48,435 nucleotides of DNA from positions 42,818 to 91,252 of the forward strand of contig JAQGDQ010000824.1 in NCBI GenBank assembly GCA_030141605.1, in the 5' to 3' direction. The notes under the pieces were generated by a model, which saw only the letters and a list, made by a program, of their open reading frames with translations, made no database searches and had not been told where the DNA came from. This DNA is from Tubiluchus corallicola. Its lineage: Eukaryota; Animalia; Priapulida. Of this stretch, positions 23,601-35,460 are shown one piece after another (the stretch's first letter is position 1; the number at the start of each line of letters is the position of its first letter). The position numbers were made by a program, and so were the translations under genes.

Positions 23601-26225
23601 AATTGTTCCCGTACGCACTATTGTTCATTTGGGCACGGTTCGGGATTGTTCCCGTATGCACCATTGTTCATTTGGGCGCGGTTTGGAATTGTTCCCGTAT
23701 GCGCTATTGTTCATTTGGGCACGGTTCGGGATTGTTCCCGTATGCACCATTGTTCATTTGGGCACGGTTCGGAACTGTTCCCGTACGCACTATTGTTTAT
23801 TTAGGCGCGGTTTGGAATTGTTCCCGTACGCACTATTGTTCAGTTGGGTGCGGTTCGGAACTGTTCCCGTACGCACTATTGTTTATTTAGGCGCGGTTCG
23901 AAATTGTTCCCGTGCACACTATTGTTCATTTAGACGCGGTTCGGAATTGTTCCCGTGCACACTATTGTTCATTTAGACGCAGTTCAGAATTGTTCCCATA
24001 CGCACTATTATTAAGAAATTTCGGTTAATACGAACAGTGCATCATTTAATGAGCAAAGCAATAGGAAAGACATTTCTGCTAGTTTGTAACACTGAGATGG
24101 TTAACCGTTTAACTGACCTCTAACTTTTGTAACCGTTTAATTTTTGTAGGAAAAAATGCATGCAATAATCGAAAACTTGCAAAATACAAAGATTTTTCTC
24201 CCTCGATAATTCTACTTCTTGTTTTGTACCTTACGTCTCCGAAGGTTTTAGCTGCACTTCCATTAAATGTCTTTCTTTAAATTTCAATTAAAGCTCTTCA
24301 AACTCTTCGCCTCCGACTCTGAAAATCTGTTTATTTTTTTGCAGGAGAGCAAAAATGTGGAAAATTTGTCGAACGAGAGAGAGGAAGAGCAAACAAAAAC
24401 AATAGCCACCTTACAGGAAGAACTTGACAAGAGTCAAGAAGGTTAGTAAAATGATCTTCACTGCACGTGCTATTTGCACAAGGGAGTTTGGCATCTACAA
24501 TTTTGGGCGTTAATTGTCTTTAGTTTTTTATGGTTTTGGATAAACGTAGAGTAAGTTGCTTCGAACTAACGGATCTCTTTTGTGCTTTCTACTTCTATAT
24601 TTCGCTTTTGGAAATTTAACCCTTTCACTACGTAGTTGCTTTTTAACAGGCATTTAGCTTTTTGCACATTTGACAATAACTTCTTGTGGTGTGTTACTAA
24701 AACAGAATCTTGTAAATAAACAAATACTCGTCTGTTAATAAACACTGATATTAAATATTAGTGTTGTTTGTACACATGCACACACATCCGCGCACACACA
24801 TGCACTCATGCATGCATGCACATGCACACTCACACAAATAAGCACATAGATATATTGAGAAGCCAATTTTCACAAAAGTCCATCTTACTAATCCATGACA
24901 TGCAACTACTTTATAAGAATGCAGAACAAGTGACTAAACACGTTTCATCAACCATCAAGTGATTTTGCGTGAGAACGTACCACACAGTGCAGTATTGTGC
25001 AATGCACCTGGCTTCAGATGCTGATTAGCTTTCCTGCAATGTTTTTGCGTGGTCGTAGCAGGAAAATAAACAGACCTGAGTGACTGCGCTTAATCCTTCC
25101 CTTACAAGAAACATGTAGGCGGCCTTCTGTAGTGAAAGAGTCAAGTAGCGTATAGTGTAATTATAATTTTCTTTTCTAGTTACGTAAATCTTGTAAGCAT
25201 GTAAGCGTAATGCTAAGTAATATAACTTTGTGCGGAAAGTTTATTGAGGTACATGTTAAAATTGTCTTTATACATGTTGACATGTTGGCATTGCAATTAT
25301 ACCTAGATGGCATAAATACATAGCAATCAGGTTTATTACATGAGTCGTCATAAGAAGAGAGATAATAGTCTCTTAATTCAATAACTATGCAAATGAAGCC
25401 AGAATTTTTCTATTAAACAACTTAAAGTAAACGTTTCTCAACTAAACTTCGACCTGAGTTAGAGAGAATGTAAAAACTCTGATGGAACCCCCATTTTACC
25501 TAGCTGTACATGCGGTGTCCCTCTTGAAAGAATTAGGGATTTTCTAAGTATAGCTGCCTGTTATATCATCAGGCCTGAGATATCTTACTAAGCAAGCTGT
25601 GTACTTTGTTAATTCTTCATAATGTTAGAATTTGTTGTTGATATTTATTAATTTTATTTTGAAATCTAAGTTACTGTTAAGCCTTTTCACAATTCCAGCG
25701 ATTGATAATGATCGCGAAGTGGTTAAAGGCTAAGCGTAGCAGACAGTGCATTTGTGTACACATGCCAATGCCTTGCTATTGTAACACAGTTTTAACATGT
25801 AGCTAGAACATTGTCTAATTCATTTTTTCTTGTTCCCAAGCAAGATCCTACTAGTAAATCTACTAGTACGTGCTGACTAATGCATAATTAATTGATGTAA
25901 AACAACTGACGTTACTGAATTGATGTGGCAGACGGCTTTGCTTTACCCACATGTCACCTAACAGTTGTAGTTAAGACACGTTCCTGTGTGGTACACTTAA
26001 CCTTTGACCTACAGCTGCAGCTGCTCAGAACGAAACTGTGAAACGGCTTATTAATCCAACCTTGATATTTTTTTTGCAGAACTGAGTAAAGCAAAGAAGG
26101 ACCTAATGGCCATGAAGCATCAGTCAGAGTCGGTCGCTAACGAGTACGACCGGTTGCTAGCAGAACATGCCAGGCTACAAGAGACCGTCGGACAGGGCGA
26201 TTTTTCATCCAAAAAAGACGAATGA
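18759..26225 (+). CDS. BCAP31: B-cell receptor-associated protein 31/29 (ER membrane cargo/sorting protein), ~233 aa
   Basis: Exons 18759-18850, 20793-20893, 21476-21617, 22305-22428, 24345-24441 and 26080-26225 join in frame with GT-AG introns: MSLQWTIVATFLYSEI...WHKIFKSR...DAIREMRKY...MKLFRAQRNFYIAGFALFL...EYDRLLAEH...KKDE* (KKXX ER-retrieval signal). Confidence 0.96.
19000..19512. mobile_element. Intronic repeat related (inverted) to 4642-5020; includes a 2 x 45-bp tandem at 19417-19506
   Basis: Shared blocks ttaaaggaaaggccaagccttc, ggttagaaggatttagtaat, ttttgtgatatttttgcatga and cccataatgca. Confidence 0.6.
19726..20340 (+). mobile_element. piggyBac-like MITE, copy 1
   Basis: Starts TTAA|CCCTTTCACTAC; colinear with 24620-25140; right end degenerate. 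Confidence 0.7.
20612..20688. repeat. Compound (TA)n(GA)n microsatellite
   Basis: Direct reading. Confidence 0.95.
20975..21046 (+). pseudogene. Degenerate tRNA-like sequence (tRNA-derived SINE head or tRNA-Gly-like pseudogene)
   Basis: A-box-like tagatcagtgttagc, a loop with TTCCA and B-box-like gttcaattccc; the stems are too broken for a functional tRNA. Confidence 0.4.
21815..22125. mobile_element. Tc1/mariner-pogo-type MITE
   Basis: TIR CAGTCGACCCTCGTTAAACCGGAC / GTCCGGCTTAACGAGGGTTGACTG flanked by TA on both sides. Confidence 0.88.
22800..23340 (-). mobile_element. Non-LTR retrotransposon ORF2 C-terminal fragment with CCHC motif
   Basis: Minus strand reads EWKKEIKNKI...KLRFLK...KIRLNMIKVKGNYKN...CPVCGKDDDTTEHMLKC with internal stops. 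Confidence 0.7.
23436..24010. repeat. 43-bp minisatellite, ~13 copies
   Basis: Unit cccgtacgcactattgttcatttgggcgcggtttggaattgtt with variants. Confidence 0.96.
24620..25140 (+). mobile_element. piggyBac-like MITE, copy 2
   Basis: TTAA|CCCTTTCACTAC...GTAGTGAAAGAG|TCAA, a near-perfect TIR with a TTAA-type TSD. Confidence 0.8.
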
Positions 26226-27128
26226 GGCGTGTGCTTTTACCCCGTGAATCCATTTCAACCCGTGTGTTAGTAGTAATTGTGATGATTATGTCAGCAGTGT
26301 TTTGATTACCTCATTACACGGCAGAAAATGTTTGAGTTTGTTCTTTGAAGTATATTAGTCAAACAACAGATTAGTACATAATAGTGCTGTGCACTAATGG
26401 CTAAAAAGGTTTATGTCCGTTAAAGCTTGCACACTCATATCTCGCTTTGCCGTACAAAAGCCAGAAGACGCCGGTCCGAATTTGCCGATTGTCCATATTT
26501 TACCGATACTAAGCTAATGCAGTAGGCACCATTTTTTAGACTCACGATAATGTAGAAACAATCGTCTAATTGTCTTAAAAACACCTAGCATGGGCCGCTC
26601 CTATGCAAAAGTATACAAAAACTGTCGGCAGTTGGCTCAAATAACTCCGTATAACTGACTCTATATTTTTATATATAGAGAGATACGCTCATGTAATGAT
26701 GTAAACAAAGTGACGGACCACCAACTAGCGGCCAGCTTTCGATGCAATGGACTGTGTCCATAGTATGCGGGACTACTTTCACCGGTCCAGATTTTGTCCA
26801 ATTCTTCCGATATCCGTAAAAGCGAGGTCTGGGAAACCGAGATATGAGAGTAGTGACTGCCTTGTTACCTATCAAACATGAAACAGTATGTTCTTATCTG
26901 ATTATATCTGTTTGTTTAATCGTTGTGTCTTTAATTTGCTAATTTCAACGTCTGCAGTTCTTTATTCAATTTAATTTTATTAAGCTGGACATCATTTCAT
27001 GACTATTGTATACTATTTTTATTCAAACCATGTGTAGTAATTTCCTATTTAATTATGCCTGATAGGTGGCAGCACTGGCTCAGTCATTTGATGTTTGCTT
27101 CTTTCAGAAATTTGTCTAGAAGCATGAA

Positions 27129-27286
27129 ACAACTACTGCATATGGTATCATGCTGTACAACTACTGTATATGGTATCATGCTGTACAATTACTGTATATG
27201 GTATCATGCTGTACAACTACTGTATATGGTATCATGCTGTACAATTACTGTATATGGTATCATGTTGTACAACTACTGTACATGGT
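27129..27286. repeat. 28-bp minisatellite, ~5.5 copies
   Basis: Unit acaactactgtatatggtatcatgctgt. Confidence 0.95.
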
Positions 27287-27979
27287 AATAATTAAGTCTG
27301 TATTAACACCTATATGTTTCACAAGTTCTACTTAATTTGTAAATTTTTTTACCAGCTTTATTCAAAATTTTCAAATTTTTTGACAGTTTTCACAGTTTAT
27401 AGCTTTAAAATACCTGTGCTATATAGAATTCTTTTGCATTTTTAGCTTAAATGTATATATTAATGAAATTTCGTAAAATATAAATATTTAATATATTGTA
27501 CTAAACAGTGGTATAAGTTTGACTTTTTGTTCTGTGTTCAATAAATGATATAATTATATTTTTCTACATTTTTCATAGTAAAATCAAATTGTTTGACTAA
27601 GTTAAACAGGTTGTAACCAATTATTTTATACACCATTTCCAAATTCTTTTGGAAAGCAGCCAGACAGAACATGGATTTGCACGGCAAACTCAAGGATACA
27701 CATCTAACTGGCTAGCCAAATTTTTTTGTGTACAGTTTGCATTTTAAAAGTTGCAACAGTTTTAGACAAATTCGGACTTCCGGTTTTAAACAAATCAAAT
27801 TTCTGGACGTCAAAATGCCCACTGTTACCGACATTCGGTAACATCAATATGTCATTTTTCTTTAGTTCTTTATATTTGTGCGGAACCGGAGCACGTGAGG
27901 GTAGTATTGTTTGTTTCACAGCCCAGCACAGTGGCGTGTTTGGCTGTCTGACATAAGCGCTGTGCTAGCATCTGCTGCT

Positions 27980-28482
27980 AGGTAGAGAAAGTACTGTCGC
28001 TGACACAAGTTCAATTGCCACGTGCTTACCATATACCGTCATATTCTCGGATGTTTTAAAGTGTAAACTTAGAATGTGTACTTAAAACATAAATTATTTA
28101 ATAACGGATGCCTTCCATCCCCCAAAAATAAGTTCAGTGACTGTAGTGAACTACAACAGCTTAAGTTTTCACAGTTGCCTCTCCACGAGAAAGTTGCAGT
28201 TAAGAAAAGCGGCCATCCAACACCTGATTTTCAAATATCTCAGCCAGAAACAAGCAACAACAAGAAATGGATTCCTGTCTTAAATTCTAAATGGTACCAA
28301 TGGAAAAGTTCGCTCTGAGGCTCTCAAGTAAAAAATGCATGTTTTGCTTCCCGTGTTTGCTGTTTGGAGGTGACTTGACATGCACAAAAAACATGAAAAT
28401 TACATGTCCATTTCATTTTACACAGTACTAAAACAATTGCTAAAAAAATTTCTGAAGTAGCACCCCCACTGATTTTAGCTAC
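27980..28482 (+). mobile_element. Degraded hAT (ZMYM1-like, TTF zinc-finger) transposase 5' fragment
   Basis: FSQLPLHEKVAVKKSGHPTP...KWY... then FCFPCLLFGGD after a stop and frameshift; flanking blocks recur at ~38933-38985 and ~39745-39805. Confidence 0.65.
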
Positions 28483-28484
28483 AA

Positions 28485-28972
28485 GAACTGGAAGTTTGTT
28501 TTCTGGAGAATGCTGCTGTCGTCTGGTTAGTATTTTCTTCTTTCTCGATTCACATATTCCTTTGCAGTGGGTTTCACATACTTCTGGATAACTAGTAGTA
28601 CCTCACAAAGTTGCACATACCCCCAGGCATTCTTCAAACAACGTAAGGCTGTTGTTTTTCTTCTTTTAGTTGTTATTCTTGTCGTTCTTGTTGTTGCTAA
28701 ACTCACTGTTGCTGTTCCTGTTGGTATAATGAAGTTGTAATCTCCATCTCATAAGGCTGACAGTTTTGTCTGCATTTTTTTACATTTCCGTTCTTAACTA
28801 CACTTCGTATCAGCAATGCATGGACCTGCACAATAGCAGTAATATTTATTTTTATCTACGCAAGTCTTTTTGCAATCTGGCACACATGTAATTTTAGCTA
28901 CAAACCACCACTGGATACAAGAATAAAAATTGCCAGTAAAACTACATATAAAATGAAGGTGTACAGTGTAAC
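28485..28972 (-). pseudogene. Possible decayed secreted cysteine-rich protein gene
   Basis: Signal-like YTFILYVVLLAIFILVSSG, then CVPDCKKTC..CYCAGPC..C, a Thr-rich stretch and CLGVC..CETHCKGIC, spread over several frames with stops. Confidence 0.35.
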
Positions 28973-29234
28973 TAAAATAAGGGATAAAAATTTGTATTCG
29001 GATACAAATAAGTTGTATTAAAAAGTGCGAACTGGAAGAAACATTACAGTCACTAATTAAGAAAATTGAACTGACAAAAATACCTGAAATCAACAATGTA
29101 GCCTAGATCCATCTTATTTTCATACAAATTTCCGGCATTTCAATTTTGTTGCAATCACACTGCCACTTTTATATTTATTTCCCGAATATACCACACAAAA
29201 ACAATATGGCTTTCATTTGGATCTTGACTATACA

Positions 29235-30530
29235 TATGTGTGCTTGCATACAAAATCTTCCTTAAGACGGAAATTTAGCTTTTCTATAGTTATTCTCACA
29301 TCATATTACAAGAACACACTGAAGTTATGTTTAAATCCAGTAGGTGGCTCTTCCTGATGCAGATCTGGGCTTGGCAATAGAAAAAACCGGATGCAAAATG
29401 ACTGCTTCCATCGGAGCTACTATCAGAGTTTGAAAATACAGTTTTTTTACAATTGCAGTACTAGTTTCTAGAGAGAAAAGTGGGTAAGGAGTTATAAAAT
29501 TAAATTTTTAGTGTTATTTGAACACCTTCTTGTTTTTGCAAAATACGAAAAATTGACATTTGAGCAAATTTTTGGTGCATCAATTTATACTTGGTTGTAA
29601 TCGTAATTAACTCACAAAGAAGGATAGGTCTGATGCATTACGAAGATCTTATATAAAACACAAAAGCTGTCACATCCTAAAACGTGATTGTTTGTTGATT
29701 GTTCATTTCTCAATTGTTTGTTTGTTGATTGTTCATTTCTCAATTGTTTGTTTGTTGACTGTTCATTTCTCAATTGTTTGTTTGTTGATTGTGTGCTTGT
29801 AATAATCAGAAATGTCTAAGAAGTTTTAGAATCATTTTTAGTTGAAGTCATATTTTCACTACAGATTACAACTTTAGTGAAATGAAAAATTCTTGAAAAA
29901 TACACATCAGAGTAAAAATAGTAACTTCAAGTTAGTACTGGGCAGCTTTATTCGCTCCAGTCCATCGGGGTGGTTTCCAACAGTACACTGACTAAATTCA
30001 ATGTGTGCTTGCATAGCAAAATCATCCATAAGTCGGCAATTAAGCTTTTCTAGTTATTCACATATTCTGAATCTCTATTTCATGAGAGCCATTTTCATAC
30101 CAAGTTCATCACTCTGTGTTATTTCTAAGCTGAGATAATCCGCGTTGAAGTTGAGGTGCAGGCTGCACACTGAAAAACATAATCTTGAGAAAGACACTGT
30201 TAAAGTCAGCCATTGTTTTTTGTCGCGTTTCTGCAACCGACAAACACTTTGCAAGAGCACAGTGAAGTTATGCTCAAATCCAGTAGATGGCTCTTCCTGG
30301 CAAAGATCTGGGCTTGGCAACAGAAAAAAACCGAAGCAAAATGACTGCTTCCATGAGCTACAATCGGAGTTTGAAAATACGAGTTTTTTTACAATTGCAG
30401 GACTAGTTTGCAGCCAGAGAAGTGGGTACAGGGTTATAAAATTATAACATTTTCTTGATAATTAGATGCTAAAATATAAGTCTAATATATTTAGCAAAAA
30501 CAAAAAATTGACATTTAAATTTTTGGTGTA
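29235..30530. repeat. Local segmental duplication (~29235-29580 vs ~30001-30530) flanking a 30-bp tandem repeat (29689-29792)
   Basis: Shared blocks atgtgtgcttgcata..., aaatccagtag.tggctcttcctg...gatctgggcttggcaa...aaattgacattt; the second copy has ~190 bp extra. Confidence 0.8.
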
Positions 30531-30655
30531 TTCTACGTCGAAGCATCATAACATAGCTTTAACTATAACGACTTATAGACGGTTTTGCTTTGCAAGCACA
30601 CACATAAGCATTCTTAACAGGTGATGAAAACAGGCTGCGGTTTCCTCCATCAAAA

Positions 30656-33600
30656 CTACAATTCACCAACAAATTCATTTTCTAAAGTGTGGCTTCCCTC
30701 ACCTGGCTGAGTTTCTGGCAGGAGGTTGACTTCTGTGAGACATTTATAAAAGCCGTCCGCATCTCGCATTTCACTAATCTCGCACAGGTACATCTTATCA
30801 ACCACCTGTTTACCGATGTAATCATTTTCACGGTCGATATAGGTCTGTTGTTCAACATAGTACGAGCTCAAAACCCGCTGCATGGGACGGGTCATTTTTA
30901 GAATGGTTAAGTGTGGGATGTAGTCAAACGAGTGGTGTACCCGCACTTGGTTGCTTAGCAACATGTCACCAAGGTCTTGCACAAATTTGAGAAATCGTTC
31001 ATCCCGCACAAGGCGGCCGTATAAAACGCGCTGATTAAAATTACCGATGCTATCAAACTCCAGCTCCATTGGTGCGTCCTGTAGATGTCGTGCGAGTTTG
31101 AAACGGGCATCGTGCATGGTCCGAATACACGCCTGAAATTCTTCCGGGGTATCCAGTCGAAGCATGTGGAAGGTGACGTGGAGCGCCGGAAGTGGCATGA
31201 ATCCGTCGATCAGGCGCGAGTCTTTCTCTCGAATGTGTCGCTGGATTTCGCCAATCTTCTCCACGATGCTCGGATGGTTGACGTGGATGCCGATGAAGTG
31301 GTTAGGTCGGTCGGAATGGTCGTACTTCGTGTCGGCCGCCGCCGTTCCGTAGCTGAACGTGACGTCATCGTCATCGCTCTCGCTGTCAATGTACGGTTTC
31401 CCCTCCGCTGCATCACCTTCAGCGTCGAATGGATGCTCCGCATCGTATTGCGCAATCACGTCGCACAGATGGCTATGATTACCGGTAGAGCCAAACACAA
31501 GATCCAGTCGCTCGTTCTTGTCCCAAATTTTTAAATCCCGGTACTTGAAGTACTGTATCCGATGTTTAGGAATAGCAAGAACTGTGTGGTCCACTGAAGA
31601 CAAATCATCCCAGCAAAATGAGAGAAACGGTTTCTCCACCACGCCTATGAACCGATCCACGTATCCAATGGAAAAGTTCTGCTGCACGAGCTGACGGTCC
31701 CAGAGAAGTCTTGAAATCACGTCGTCAGCTGTTTTCATGGAGGCTTTCTTTTCCACGATTTCGTCGGCCGGGTCAGCTTTTGCAGATTTTTTCTTCTTCT
31801 CGTGTTTCTTGTGATGCACTTGTTTTTCAGCATGTGTGCTGCCACCTGCTGAGTAAATAAAATTTTCATATGAATTTCACAGAAAATCATTACGACAATC
31901 ATAGGATCATTGTGTGTGCATATGAGGTAGTATGCATGCACCAAGCAAAAAGGAACACTGCATCAAGCACTCTATAGTACAGTAGTCACAGTACTTAATG
32001 TACACAATACACCAGGGGTGGGCAAATTATCTGACTAGCAGGGCCACATAAACTTTCCCATAATGCATGTGGGCCGCATGCAGTTTGGTCAAGGAGCCAA
32101 GTACAGTAGGACCTAATAATGATTTTTTTGCACCTGCACCACCTCATTACTACTGCACTACTACACTCAAGAAACTATTTTAGAAGTTATTAAAATTTAT
32201 ATTAAAAACCATATATTTCGTCATGTCCGACAGTGACATTAAGTGACAACGGTCTTGTAAGGGTTATTGCCATCCGATCTTGAGGAAAAAACTACCCGCA
32301 CTATCTTTGCGACACTGGTGCAGACTTCAGCTGGATCGCGTGGGCCGCACTTTCATTACGTTGACAAACCTCTTCGCGGGTCGCACAAGATCTCTCGGCA
32401 GGCCACACAAGATCTCTCGGCGGGCCGCACAAGATCTCTCGGCGGGCCGCACAAGATCTCTCGGCGGGCCGCAAAAGATCTCTCGGCGGGGCGCACAAGA
32501 TTGCTGCGGCAATACACAGTCACTTGGTTTCCGCATCAATCAGACAAAATGTTCCCCAAATTAATTCCTAACCCTTCATCGTATTAAAGACCGACCATTT
32601 AAAATGCCTATTGTGTACCACATGCTAATTCTCAACTAGAAAGCAAATTCGAATCGAATCGAATTTGTGACTTTCGAATTCAAGTCGAACTGAATTTCAG
32701 TACTCAGAGTCTGAATCGAATTCGAATTGAGTTTGAAAGATTTTCCAACAAGTTTTCGAACCACTAGTAAAAAGTGGTCTTACAAAGATCGTGCATGTTA
32801 CTTGATTTTGTTCTGCAGTAAAACCGCCATTAGTTTGTTAAAAATTTTCCACAGAAACTGCAGCTAAATTGTGCTAGTTGCACACTGTTTCAAACATTTT
32901 AATGATAAAGAACGTATGTGGCGGAAGTGCTGAATTATTCGAATCTATGATTTTAGGTAAGCATCAAACTCGAACTAAAAAAAACTCGTCCGAACTCGAA
33001 CGTTTGATGCTCACCCTAATCATAAACATACCATGTCCATGTTCATGAGTTTTACTATGATCCGTCTGTGTTAACCAGCTTTCTGCTGCCGCAACAATGC
33101 GTGCAACCATTGGCGTGCCTCGGGAACCTTTGGCCACACCTTCTAGGTGTCGGCCGATGTTGTGGCTCTCCTCTGACGTTAACTTATGACAAAAGACGAA
33201 GATGGCTGGAACCTCAGCGGGATATTTTTCTATGAAAAAAAATTGTAAAAAATAAAGATTATTTATCTTTAAAAATAAAGAGCATCAGGAACATAAAAAA
33301 TTATCCAACTAAAATATTGCCAAGAACAGAAGCTAGATGTCACCACGATCAAGTAAGAGTAATGCATGACGCTCTGAACATGCCAACAGTAGTATTCATG
33401 AGCAAAAATTTCTTGTGCTGATTTAAACTTGTATTGCCTCCTCTTTTCTGTTATGAATTGGTTTCCTTTTAAACAGGTCATGTGACCAGTCTTTTACCTG
33501 TACACTTACCTGTAGATTGGAGTAACTCAGGCATTCACGCACTGCAGTGACAGATTGTTTAGCGTCATTCATTGATTCGTTGTTATAATTTCATAATTAC

Positions 33601-34888
33601 ACTTATAGAAGATCACCATGTAAGTTTATTAATTAATTTCTTAAATCTTGAACCTTTGTTTATTAAAAAGACTAGAGATTAGATTTTATAATTTGCGTAA
33701 AACTTTGTTAAAGTTAATTAGATCAATTTGGTTTAGATTTCGCCGTAAAATTGAGCAAAATTATATAAAATTATCTGATTTGTTTTCAGATTAAACGATA
33801 CAAGCTACACAGTTATGTTGTTGGAGAGTTTTTTATAAGAAGGTAGCACATTTCTGATTTACAACCCATTCATCAAAATATGGGCTACCACAAGCTAAAG
33901 GGCTGTGCAAAAAATTGACCTGTGATAATTATTGATTGTTCATTGTTAAAAGAGGACAAGATGATTTTTCGCATCCTACCAAACTGTGAAGTACGGCAAA
34001 AATAACACATTTTAACACCTATATGATAATGCAAAAGGGTTTCTGATAATTGAATATTTGGTTAAAAGCTTAATTATTGTCCAGAGAGCTCAACCAGTGA
34101 TGACATCCTAACTGATTGTAATTTTTAACAGCATAGACATTCCATGAGCCTGTTGCACATGTTAGCGAAAGCAAAAATTGAAGTGTTTCTGCACAACATT
34201 CAGTGTGATACACAAAAACAATTTTTTGTCTAAAATTCAGATTTCAAGTCTACCACTGTGCTCACACATGAGCTCTCAAACGTGTGCACTATATCACAAC
34301 TGAACGCCTCTGTACTAAGAGGAACAGCACCCATTTTTTGTGCAAAGTGTTTCCGAGATGCGTGTCCATCTAACCAGCGAATGGCGAAATGCATGTAACA
34401 GACAATAACTTTCCGCGCTAGTGCAAAATTACATTTCTGTGGCAATAATTCTTTCATGTAAGTAAGTTAGCATGTTACTTTTCAATATTTTATAGGGTAG
34501 CTTGTTTTGAGATATAGTTCAAGATTAGGCTTGGGTTTTCCTTAAGTTCCTCATTTAATATTGGACAGCAAATTGAAAAGAAAAATGATTTTTTTCTAAT
34601 ATACATTCGTTATAATAAGAATTATACAATAATATAATTAGAATTATTATAATAAGAATCTTAACATAATAATCAAACTAAGTAAATTAGACCTATTAAT
34701 AGGTAATTACCTGGAATTTGAAATTTCAATGTGGCTGCAGGGTGATCTATGTGCACTGTGATAACAAACAGAAAATCACCTTGATTTCTCAACACTTTGC
34801 AACGCTCGCCATACTGTCGTTTCAAATCTAACATTTCTGTATCAACAAAATTAGTACATTTTACTTGACTGCTGCTTGTTGCGGCCAT
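30656..34888 (-). CDS. LENG9: LENG9-like protein: RWD + MJ1316 (DUF504) + AKAP7-type 2H phosphoesterase, ~521 aa
   Basis: Exons 34888-34711, 33229-33032 and 31845-30656 join in phase 1. RWD: LKFQIPEKYPAEVP...GTPMV..IV. MJ1316: MKTADDVISRLLWD...GYVDRFIGVVEKPF...AIPKHRIQYFKY. 2H: RPNHFIG, LHVTF and PHLTI. Confidence 0.9.
32013..32501 (+). mobile_element. hAT-like element remnant carrying a 22-bp minisatellite (32377-32501)
   Basis: Starts CAGGGGTGGGCAAA, has GGGCCGCA subterminal motifs and the unit cgggccgcacaagatctctcgg about 5.5 times; right TIR not found. Confidence 0.6.
32630..33018 (-). mobile_element. hAT-like MITE (TTCGAA-rich), copy 2
   Basis: Reverse-complement homology to 14936-15279; ends gatgctcacccta. 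Confidence 0.8.
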
Positions 34889-35269
34889 GAGTTTTTGTTT
34901 CTTGTAAACCGTACCTAAATAAAATAGTGAAGCACTAAACCTAACACTAAAGGTACAAGTCAACTTTAAAACTCAAACTAACACCAAGTCTTACAATTCT
35001 GTTATTAACACACTGCTGTACATATAAGCTACTAGTGCTACTCTTGCAGGCAGTGGTGCAATCGATGACAAAAAGTGGCGGTTCTATTTCATGTACAGGC
35101 TCGAGTGCCCACCGAAATGTTACGGCGGCAAGATACAAAACATAACACCGCAAAACTTATGTCATTGAAAAAATTTGCGAAACAAAAATATTCATTCATA
35201 ATCTTTTACAACTAAACAATTTATCATCTGAGATCTGGCTAACCAAAGGAAAAATCATAGAGTACTTTT

Positions 35270-35460
35270 TCGGCTGCGCAATAGATGGCAGCACATCACG
35301 ATATAGTGCTTGGCAACAAGTTTCAAAATAAACAAACTTTACGATGGTTGATTTTGAACGGTTAGTTTATTGTTAGAGGTCTTTCAGTTTTTTGTACAAA
35401 AAAGTTCGGTAAGACACCTTCTCACAAGTTGAATTTCCTGAGATTGAGATTTAGGTGAGA
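35270..35460. promoter_or_regulatory. Candidate bidirectional promoter LENG9-like/MEIG1
   Basis: Lies in the ~890 bp between the divergent ATGs; X-box-like GTGCTTGGCAAC (35306), forkhead TAAACAAA (35329), CTCF-like AATAGATGGCAGCA; donors at 35409 and 35455. Confidence 0.5.

Noticed and set aside
23408-23976. 160-175 aa ORFs and CRISPR-like periodicity
   Set aside because: Products of a 43-bp tandem repeat inside a BCAP31 intron; no unique spacers, no cas genes, eukaryotic context.
31085-31534. 149-aa plus-strand ORF
   Set aside because: Antisense shadow of the GC-rich LENG9-like exon, with no recognisable motif.
32267-32587. Overlapping ORFs on both strands
   Set aside because: Caused by the 22-bp GC-rich minisatellite within a transposon remnant.
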